Source of the DNA: Oopsacas minuta
Taxonomy: Eukaryota; Animalia; Porifera
Length of the DNA: 64,000 nucleotides
Reading direction: 5' to 3'
Assembly (NCBI GenBank): GCA_024704765.1
Contig: JAKMXF010000310.1
Coordinates: forward strand, 1,282,984 to 1,346,983
Shown here in pieces: positions 22,515-33,170 of the stretch. The notes beneath the pieces are model-generated. The model was not told the DNA's origin. It did no database searches and saw only the letters and a program-made list of their open reading frames with translations. Within the stretch, counting starts at the first letter, position 1; each line of letters begins with the position of its first letter. A program made the position numbers and the translations under genes.

Positions 22515-25400
22515 TCAATTAGTAAACATTTCCATTCTGGTATCTATATTGCTACAACATATAGGCCAATTCTGTTCTAAGTTAACAATCCTCTCGCTGC
22601 AATCGCCACAAAAGCTAGCATGTCTGCAGGGGATGAATACTCATGTATTACTTCTTTGAGAAAGGCATAATAAGCAAATAGGTTCTGTGTTGATGTTTTG
22701 ATCATCATCATCTTCACCTTCACAAAATTCGGATTCATTTGATGGAGGGATAGTTTTGATGTTCGCAACAATGTGACTCATCGATTGAAGAAACTCCCAT
22801 GGGTTTATTTGTCCATCACTAAGTTTTGGTTTGAAAACAATCCTTAATTCTTCATTCTTGATATCGGTTTTACATCTTTGCCTGCTAATTTCTCTTCCTT
22901 GATACAAGCGACGAATGTCATTATCAGTGTCATGAATTATCTCATTGAGCTTTATTTTGAAAGTGCATATTCAAGGATGGTAGTATTTGATCCTAGTCAT
23001 CAATTTGGAGTGATCACTCTCTGCCTCGTTGTTCGTAGAGATAATAATACTACAGGTGTTCAATAAATTCTGATCACTAGCCCCAAAAGTACCAAAAGTA
23101 TGTTACACACAAACAATCAGTGTTTAATTTTTCGAAATACTTCCCATCATTATTTATACAGCGTTGAAGACGCTCCAGCCATTGTGCAAAAATATTTATA
23201 TAGTCTTCCGGCGGTATCCATTTGAGATACTGGAAAATCGCCGATGCCAGTTCTGTGCTGTTGCTAAAATGACGACCAGAGAGGTATTCCTTAAGCTTAG
23301 GGAAGAGATAGAAATCACAAGGAGCTAGATCTGGGCTGTAGGGTGGATGTTCATGCTCAATCATCCCCATCCTTAAGATTTTTTCTTTGACTTGCTTGGT
23401 TTTGTGAGTACGGGCATTATCATGTAATAATCTCAATTCTTTAGCACCAGTCCTTTTTCTCCTTTTCAGCAAGCTTTCTTCCACTGCACCAAGACAATTA
23501 CTAGTGTAGAAGCTTCCAGTAACAGTTTGTCCCTTTGGAATTATCACCTGGGCCACTAGGCCATGTGCATCAAAGAATATGCAATACATGATCCTCGATG
23601 ATCTGAAATCTGGACGCGGTATCATCGGAGGGTCCGAGTGCTTTCCTATCCACACCTCATTTGCCTGTTTGGAAAAAGTGTGTTATACTGAACCCATGTC
23701 TCATCACCAGTCACTATCTCAAATAATCTTCGCGGGTCGCATTCTTTGTAGGATTTAAGGAGATTATGACAGCATCTCACTCTTGTCTCTTTCTGGGCTT
23801 ATGTGAGTAAATATGGGACTCATCTGGCACAAACCTTCGTCAACTTGAGCTGTAATCTTAAAATGTGGTCTACACTTCCCATTGAGATGCTAACACTATT
23901 AGAAAGTTCCCTGATAGTTATATGTGGGTCTAGGTCTATAAGTTTCTTGATAGCGCACGATTTAATGGGAGGTGCAGCCGTAATTGGTTCTCCAGGCCGA
24001 GGGTCATCTTCGATAGACTTTCTTCCCAGCCTGAAACGCTGAGCCCATCTTCTGACTCCTGCATAAGACAGAGCACCTTTCGTAGTATAGACTTGAACCA
24101 AATCAAGATGTATCTCGTGTACAGATTTCCCGAGGAGAGTACGAATCTTGACATAAGCTCTTTGCTCGATTTTAAAATCCTTGCCAAGTGATGTCATAAA
24201 GGTATAGTATAAAAACACCTGTTGTAAAATTTGATATAACTTGTTGAGTTTTTAAGCGATAATGAAAAAACCAATACTAGCTTGTAGACCGAGGATTAAG
24301 TATTCATATTCAAATATCAATATATTATTGTTGTGTTATAAATCCTCACAGTAACAAGTGATCAGAATTTATTGAACGCCCGTAGAATCATGTATGAAGA
24401 GTTCATGAGGTGATATTTGATGAAGCCAACACTTCTTGAAATATTTCATTAGTTTTTCTGTTCTCGGCACGTCTTCAGTTGGTACTGCAGGAACTTTGAT
24501 CAAAGTAAAAGGAGGGACGAATAGAGCAGCAAGCAAAAAAGGAATAGCCATTAGTTGTCGTATAAACTTGGCGAATATGTATTGTTCTTAAAACTCTGAC
24601 TCAGTCCAAATTTCTGAGTTTTGGCCCAAATTCTTTGCGTGTAGTGGAACAAGCACTCACATGCACTCAATTGAGGATAAATTCTCTAAAAGCGTTCCGA
24701 GTAACAGATTCCCAATCACACATGGATGCAATTTATTGAAATTGAGGCCCATGTAACACTAAATCTCTCAAAATAGCCGAGTAGAGTTCTTCACTTTTGC
24801 ACGCAAGTAGACAGTGGATTACAGACATCGTATGTCCACCAACAGCGACAAATATTGTCCATAGTTCATAAGATTGAATGGGACAGTTTGAAAGGTATCA
24901 TCAACTGGATGTTGTCTGCCTCATTGAATAATGTGATCCTTTCATCTGAATAGAATATTACGGCTGTTTGAATTCCCTGTGTTACCGATTTTTATAATAA
25001 TCTTTTAAGTGGAAGTCGCTACCATTTCACAAAACTCTGCAGCAGAAGATGGGATTTTGGGTTGGAGTGTCCTTCTCGCGCGATACATTACAGACTCGCA
25101 TTCTACAAATGAGATATCAACTGTATGTGGATTCTTTCTGGTTGCATCATCGAATACTTCCCCAAGATTCGTTTGTGGTTGTTCAGCGAGAGTTTTGCAT
25201 CTTGTCATAAACTGGTAAACCCAGGCATTATAATCATCAACACCATGATTATGTGAATTCATCGGAGTGACTAAATTTTTCGAACGATTTAGTTTACTAA
25301 TTCCTTTGAACCCACACCTGAATAAAGCGCATATAAGATAGATACAATCTTCGGTAATCTTTGAATGAACATAGTTGTACCCATCTGGAGCTGTAACAAC
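22515..25400 (-). pseudogene. MULE transposase pseudogene: FLYWCH-like finger, DDE domain, C-terminal RING
   Basis: DGYNYVH...C...C...HNH; CLFHYTQRIW; STNNEAESDHSKL; terminal CLLC...PCRHASFCGDC...(W)PIC. Confidence 0.8.
23050..24385 (-). mobile_element. mariner element 3 (frameshifted), inserted in the MULE gene
   Basis: 29-bp TIRs CTAC(A/G)GG(T/C)GTTCAATAAATTCTGATCACT with 2 mismatches. Fragments with LHDNARTH and HPPYSPDLAPCDF. Confidence 0.92.
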
Positions 25401-27215
25401 TTTACCTAGTGGATGTTTATACTCTTATATTGTGAATTCCAATTTCGATTATACCTTGGGAAATTCGAATTAGGATTTATACTAGTCAATCTTATTGTCA
25501 ACTTGTGTTTGCAGGGACACAGTAGTGCAACCTTATCCTTCACAATAAGTTGTTAACACGCACATAGATAACGAATTGATTATTATACAACATACTGGCT
25601 TCTCGATGTGAAGAATAACTAACAAATTGTAAAAGTGGCCGAAATATTAATTCTTAGAAAACGCTAATTGGATACCATTTCAAAAGTCCATTCTGACAAA
25701 TGCCAGTTGTGCAAAAAGTCCACTCTGACAATGGCAACTTCAATTATTCTGACAAATGAAAACTTCAAATTTTGACAAATGCATGCAACCCGTTCACTAA
25801 AAAGTTAGATTTTAAGCGTAGAAGTGACTAGATCAAATTGTAATTTCTTAAAATCTTAGACAGAAGGAAAAGTTTCATATTTCATTTTTCTGACTTTCCA
25901 CTATGTAAAACTAAGAAAAAAAATATCTTCACTCAGTCACATGTGCTGTTAGTCACAAGTCCCTAGAATTACATGTCCAGTTAGTCACATGGCCATGGTG
26001 ATACTGATACGAGGAATTACCTGAAATTGAATCTCTTTAATGTCTAGAGTTATGGAGCAAAGAATTAGCCCCTTCAGTAATTTGTGAGGAAGGTAGTAAT
26101 TAATTGCTGCTACAATAAATGTGAAATTCGATGGTTTCCATAAGATAAAAAATGTGGGGTTAAATGGTTAAGAGAGAAAGGAAAAGATTCATAAAACAGG
26201 ATACCAAGTGAACTTGATAATTCTATTTTTGAAATGCTACTTACTTTCAACTTACATCATTATACAAAGGAAAACATACCCCTATTACAACTATATAAAA
26301 GTACACCTTTGTGATACATATAAAACTTGAATATTACTATAATTCAGATGACTAAATTTATCACATTTTGGCAAAAATAAATCCAGATTGGAGTGAAACG
26401 CAGGCACCGTAAAAAGGAAGGTGGCAACTTAATGTTAAAGAATTAAATTATCCTATAACACGAAAGGAATATATTGAAAAGTAAAATTAGATTGGATTAG
26501 ATTTCAGAGAATGGGTACTTAAACGTTCTAAGGAGAATTCCAGAACATTGCATTGACCGGATACAGTATTATCGATTATAGTTTCGGGCTTGGCGCAAAG
26601 AATTTCGACCATTGTTCGTTTGATACCACTTGGAGCTTCATCAGCACAACAATTTTATCCCATAAGTAAAAATATCACTACCGATAGTGATGCTGTAACA
26701 TAATCGTTGAATCTCTGTGTACTAAGTGTTACATCCGTAAGTAAAAAGAACGATAAATTTTACCACTAAATATTAAACAATTCCGAGATTTTATCATCCT
26801 TATTGACGTCATAAAACACATTTTTCTAGGCGTATTCTGTGTTAATAGAAAATCAAGAGACGTAGTCCCTTGGATGTATTTCCAAAGAGATAAAGGATCA
26901 AATCGGGCACTGCACAATTATTACTAAAACACAATAATTAAGAAAAGAAAATTTACCAAAATTATGTTGAAATTAGGAAAAATTGTATTTTCATTGTGTA
27001 CAAGTTAATTGAAAAATATTGTCAATATTTTTCACTGAGCTATGGTCATTGAAAGAATGAAGTTAAAAGCTTTAAAAATACAGGCGTTCCGCTGGTATTT
27101 TTCCCAGTTATAGATATTAGAATAGTGTCATTATATAATTTGAATGAAATTCATCAAATTGTGGTAACTAACAAGCAATATTAATTCTAAATAAAACTGC
27201 TATCATCTCTGTGTA

Positions 27216-28525
27216 CAGGGTGTCTAATAATTTCTGTTATACATTTCGCGCCTTAGACAGTAGCTATTAATATACTTATGAAGTAACCTTCTAGAACTTC
27301 TTGTAGCATTTTTGGCGGTCTATCGAATTATACCAAGTACATATCATTCAAGTTGATGATTTCCCAGAAAATCATGTTAGAAGTAATTCGTTCAAACATT
27401 GGCACTTTTCACGAATCTGGGTTTAGCAACAGTGAAATTCTAAAAAGGCTAAAAAATGATAAAGTCAGTCCTATGTTGATCTATCGCACAATAAAACAAT
27501 ATATATAGAGACTGGGAGCGTGTCTAACAGGAAACGAGTTGGTCGTCCAAGATCCGCTCGCACACCAGCCCTGAAGAATAGTGTTAGATGTCGAATCCTG
27601 AGAATCCCCGGCGTTCAATGCAAAAAAGTCTCGTGAATTCTGTGTCAATCACGAAACGATGCGGAAATTGGTTGTAGAGGACCTAGGAATGAAGTCCTAT
27701 AAGAGGAAAAACATACACCATCTTAACGACTCTATACGTCGTAAGCGACTCGAAAGATGCATACAACTAAATGCCCGATTCGCTCCTGGGACTGAAGATC
27801 AGATTCTCTTCTCAGATGAGAAGCTGTTCACGGTTGAAGAGGCAAACAATCGTCAAAACGACCGTATACTTGCTTCTCGAAGTCAGGATATCCCAGATAG
27901 AATCAAGTACATTGATAGAGTCCAGAAGCCTCTTTCTCTGATGGTATGGGCGGGAGGGTCGGCAGACTCACGGACAAACCTGATTTTTGTCCCCCAAGGA
28001 ATGAAAATAAACTCCCAGACCTACAGAGAGCTGGTCTTGGAGCCTGAAATTGCGTCTGCTGGTGAGAAGCTCTTTCAAAACCATCCTTGGACTTACCAAC
28101 AAGACTCTGCGCCTGCACATGCTTCAAAAGTATCCCAGGGTTGGTTCCGAGAGCAAAATGTCGATTTCATAAGTAAGGATGAATGGCCACCATCAAGCGC
28201 AGATTTAAACCCACTCGACTATTCTGTTGGGCAAATTTGGAGAGCAGGGCCTGTGCGAAATCTCACAAGAGTTTGGAGTCCCTCAAAGTTAGTTTGTTGA
28301 GTGAATGGCAGAAAATCCCACAGGAGGAGCTGCGAAAAGCTGTCCATCAGTTTCGGAGCAGACTAACTTCCGTAATTCATAAAAAGGGAAGCTATATTGA
28401 ATGATATTTGTAATGTGTAATTAGGAACATAAGTCCTAAGAAAATAGAAGGTTTCATGGCTTTACAATGGATAAATTTGAAATTATTGGGGAATTGATAT
28501 ATAACAGAACTTATTAGACACCCTG
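27216..28525 (+). mobile_element. DD37D (maT-type) element 2, frameshifted transposase ~27374-28404
   Basis: TIRs CAGGGTGTCTAATAA(T/G)TTCTGTTATA with TA TSD; FSDEKLF, YQQDSAPAH, WPPSSADLNPLDY (37 spacing). Confidence 0.92.
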
Positions 28526-29654
28526 TATAGATGCAAAATCGGTAAATTTTAAAGGAAGATTTTAGACTTTCTCGTGAAACATCATTTTTGGGAAGTGTCA
28601 CATTCGAAACGAAGAAAAATAAACCATAGAATATAAAATTTCACTCTAACCAATTCCTGCACCCAATTGACGTTTTAGCACCTTTTTTGAAGTCATAAAC
28701 TCAAATTATATGTATACGTTTGTTGGAAGTTTCAGTGATCAAGGCTCAAATTCGATCAATTATAATATTTCTTGGAAACATTACAATATTTTCCGGATAT
28801 TCAGATATGTCCAACGTAACTTGAATGTACTTATGTTACTGGTTATATGAAAAACAAACTAAAAATACAACAATTGTTACAATTTCCTAACTACTGGTAA
28901 ACAAATGAAAATATAAATATGTTGGTTCTCCATATATACTTTGGATGTATTAGATAGAGGTTAACATATTTTCCAACACTTACTGTGATTGATTGTGTGA
29001 ATATCATTCACGAGACTTTTATGAAGATTGACACCGCAGAAATTCTATATAAAAACTATTATGCTGGGCAGTGTCGTATATTATTAGTGCGAATAAGTAT
29101 GTCAATAATTAAAGAGAAACATATTGAAAATGGAGAGAATTATGTGTCTGTAAAGTATGGCGATGGTATATTTACATAAATAAGCTATCACTGTTTTAAT
29201 TCGTATTCTATCAAGGAGAGTATAGAAATTTAACGCATTACTCGCGAAGTTTGACAATAGAAAGCTAAAAAATTCTTAACTCCAATATAGCTGACCTGAT
29301 GATACTCGATAGACCCTCAAAATTCTATGCTAGATGCGATTACATGTACTATATCCCCATTATACTTTCCTTCACTAAAGATACTACCTAGATGTGTACT
29401 TACCTCATTCAACATACTAGATGTGGATATTTTTAACTACTAACTAACCTCATTACTCATTAATTATGCTGATGTGAATCTGTACTTAACCTCATTACTC
29501 GATACAATGGAATATAAGATGTGCATTGCTTTTGTTGTAATTATTATGTTTTTGTGACTATTAAACTGCTCATTAGTTTATAATTTACCTTAGAATTGTC
29601 AATAAACATCTACAGCAGGGATTCTCAAACTGCGAGCATTATAAAAGGGACCTA

Positions 29655-31020
29655 CAGTATGTCCAATAATTATTGCAACACTAGGGAGATTTCTTAGCGT
29701 AACCCAGAAACAATAAATATGAAAGTATATGATCTAATTTTATGTCTACTTGTTGAGAATACACTAAAGATTAATATTTGATCTTATTTCCATCGTTTTC
29801 TGCGACCATCTGACATCTACGCTTCATAGACTTCCAATAGTGTTCCAAAAATTCGGGTGTGAGAGAATCCCAAATTGTTTGGATACACTTTTCAAGCTCA
29901 GCTAGTGATTTGGCATGTTGTTTTACAACTTGATTTTTCAACCAGCCGAATAGATTTTCTATCGGATTAAGGTCTGGTGATTGACTGGGCCATTGAAATA
30001 CATTATTTGGCATTTTTTCTGAGATCCATTGTTGGGCTAATTTTGAACGGTGCTTTGGATCATTATCCTGAACGAGAAACCATCTATTTCCGTGGAAAGC
30101 CTCAGCTGCGAAAGAAGATGCCATTCAAGGATCTTAACAAAGAATTGTGCATCCAAATTCTGACGAAATATGCACAATGGGAAGGTACCGAAAGACGAAA
30201 ATGCAGCCCATATGTGTATTTTCGGTGAGTGTTTGGTAGTTTTTTGTGATCGTTTTTTTCCAGATTTTGTCCACATTCGAACCTTCCCACGATTAAGCCA
30301 GAAAGAGGCTTCATCTGCAAACACAGCTCTACACCACAGTTTAAATTTGTTTTTCTGTGCCCATTCAATTCTGAAGAGACGATTTTTTTCAGATAGCAAT
30401 GGAATCTGGACAGGAAATGGCTTAGAGTATTTCAGTTTCTGAAGAGTAAGATGGACTGTACTTTTACTGACAGTCAGTTTCTTTGTTTTAGTTATCCTGG
30501 TTGTAAGTTTACGTACACTAGTCTCTGGATCCGATTTGATGAACTGAGTAGCTGTATATTTTATTGAATTGCCGAGTAAATTGGTCTACCACCGCCTCTT
30601 TTGTGTTTAAGGGTCATATTTGTTTGGAGCCTTTTTTTAACCCTGTAAACTGTCCCTCGATCAACATCTAAAATGCGTGAGATTTCAGTAGGTGTATGTT
30701 TATCGCCAATCAATAGAGTTTTGATCTTTTCTCTCATCACCTCTTGAGCCATATCAACGCTAAATGCTAAATTATTCAGCTAAAAGGTAAGAGAATTTTC
30801 TAATTTATGATGAAAGGTACTAAATGATGACGTCATCGTAAATAATGACGTCATCCTCATTAGCAAAAAATATAATCCCATTGTGTTTACTCAGATTTAT
30901 CTTCAAATAGATACCAATTAACTTTCTATATTAGTACAGTAACTACTACTTATCAACTAGAACTATAGCAGTGGTTGAAATAGAAATAATGATGTGTTGC
31001 AATAATTATTGGACATACTG
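29655..31020 (-). mobile_element. Tc1-like element with DD35E transposase (frameshifted, 29771-30752)
   Basis: Perfect 27-bp TIRs CAGTATGTCCAATAATTATTGCAACAC with TA TSD; HTH, GGGRP, VFADEASF, VQDNDPKH, WPSQSPDLNPIENL. Confidence 0.93.
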
Positions 31021-31335
31021 TAGATGGATGGTGAATCAAGTACTATAGTTATCATGGTCTCAATGTTTCTGACAATCTATAAATTTTCACTTGTACTGTG
31101 TCAGTATTGTAATGGTTGCCTTTTTGAAGAATATAAATTCCCTCCATGTCATGCATTTGTTAAACAAAAGGATCTTCAGCGCTGTATATGCATATGCATT
31201 CACATAAATCCGAACTTATATTTGTACAATTATTACTTCATAAATTTTTATAAGAGCAGAGCGAGGTGATAAACTAGAATACAACCTTTGCAGACATATT
31301 TGTCAATAAATTTAACTTGTTTCAAAAGCTGGGCT

Positions 31336-31400
31336 ATTAATTGGAGGCACTATGGTAGCGGTGGGGTTGAATCAATCATTTCACAGTGCCTCCAATTAAT
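31336..31400. repeat. inverted repeat, 19-bp arms (1 mismatch), 27-nt loop, heptamers at inner ends
   Basis: ATTAATTGGAGGCACTATG (31336-31354) / CACAGTGCCTCCAATTAAT (31382-31400). Confidence 0.85.
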
Positions 31401-31419
31401 TGTGCCCCTTTATAAAGTA

Positions 31420-33170
31420 AGTAGGTATTTGACTTACATCTTATCACAATTAATCAGGTTACCACTGTTGATAGGTCTTAATAAGACAGACATATTGGTC
31501 TTCTCTAATGGTACTTTATCTGAAGGATTAATGGAATGGCCCATATCAAAATAACCCGAATATTTAATAAGCAGTCGCGTGTTATGTTACCAGTGGTAGA
31601 AGTACCGGCATGGGTAGAAGGGATACCTAACCTGAAATTACATCTTTCCTGAAGAATAGCTCGAACCAGCACCATGGAACTGATAACTTTGGAGCTATAT
31701 GCCCCCATTCCATATGTCAGGCATTTGGAAGGTGTATTAACTCGTTCCCATTTGTATTTGTAATTCATAACAACTTAAATCCAAACAAAATGAAAATTTT
31801 TGTGCCTATTGAAGGATTGTTACCCTGTTGGTTATAAATCCGATTAGAAACGGAATGATAAAATCCATTAGATATCCTCAATTTGAGTGGGAAGTTTGAA
31901 ATAGGAACTGGATCTAAAGTAGAAAATATCTGTTGGTAGGAAAACAAGTTCCAATTTAGAACCTTCAGAAATAATTATCTCTATCTAGTGATCGACTGGG
32001 ATCCCAGTTTTAGTCCCGGTCCCGGACAATCTCGGTCGTTTTCAGAGTCCCTGTCCCGGTAAATATCCATATTTTTTCCGGGATTCCTACCCAGGAATGA
32101 ACAATTCAAAAATTGCTAATTGAATACATGCAAATAGAACGAGAAACATTGTTTTATATTTGAACTTCAACCACTTTAGTGTGATTAATGAATGTAAGAA
32201 ATTGACCAGCAATCAGTATTTGTATAATTCCTAATTCCTATTATCATATTGGTAAGAAGCCAACGGCTGACTAACTGGGGAAATTTGACTGAGATAATCT
32301 AATTGGCTAAGAACTAGGTCTTGATTTTGGCAGTGTTTTTGCAATACAGCATCGACAATGCGATATTTAGTGTAACTTTACTATCTTGCGATTCTTCGCC
32401 CTATGGGCTAAGTAACATTCACTAGGTGTAATGGCCCCCGATGGGAACAACTTTCCATTGGAAGAGCATTCAATTGATATATTTCAATCCTGATTTTAGT
32501 CCCGGTCCTTGTCTTGGTACCGGTGAAAAGTTGTATTCCCGATCCCGGTCCCGGCCGATCGCTATCTCTATCTGATCCACGAGGCTTGTTCACTTCCGAT
32601 ATTGCGTGACAAGCATGTATGGAGGATTTTTAACACCACTTTTAGCAACACTTTTTTAAATTTGTGTATTTACCGGCACAAATTTCTAAACTATGCAACA
32701 AACAATTAGATTTAGAGAATTGCGCATTGTTTATTACTCTACTGAAAGAACACTTTCTATAATTTCTTTACACACATATGAAGTATCACGATGATAGGAT
32801 GACACCAATTCTAGGTTGTTTAGGCTCGATCTTTTCCCTCTCTGCTAAAAACTCGATATGGTCTAATGGACACCAAGTCTATATCTTGAAATCTTCATGA
32901 GGCATTATAGAATATGTTTCCACGAGGCTGTTATAGCTTGTTCTGAAAATGTTCTTGTTTGAGGATTAGTGATTAAAACAGATGGAACATAACTCAGTAT
33001 CAAGTGATACTTTCTTCACTATGGGATTAGCAAAGATTAGAGTAGAGTGAAAAACCATATAATTACACGTTTCGAGACCTCCTGGATGATGGAAGTGATT
33101 TGAACTTGAATGGATTTCTTCGAAAATGGTCAAAATTCAAATTTCATTTTTCTTCAGAACATATTTTCAG
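31420..33170 (-). pseudogene. second, diverged Transib/RAG1-like transposase remnant with internal deletion
   Basis: Colinear with the 1523-4974 protein: DHFRR, RYRL...IEFLAEREKIEPK, LLHSLEI..KYTNLKKVL, PPY...SLVDQIE, RISNG...RIYNQ...KIFILFGFKLL, GTSTTGNITR, LLRPINSG. Interrupted by the 31986-32564 MITE. Confidence 0.72.
31986..32564. mobile_element. 579-bp hAT-type MITE
   Basis: Ends TAGTGATCG / CGATCGCTA; exact 8-bp TSD TCTCTATC (31978-31985, 32565-32572); GTCCCGG subrepeats. Confidence 0.88.

Larger units (their letters stand above)
22268..25791 (-). mobile_element. Mutator-like element (MULE) with nested mariner
   Basis: ~130-bp TIRs built of CATTTGTCAGAATGGACTTTTGC subrepeats. Exact 8-bp TSD GTTCACTA (22260-22267, 25792-25799), 9 bp with one mismatch. 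Confidence 0.9.
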
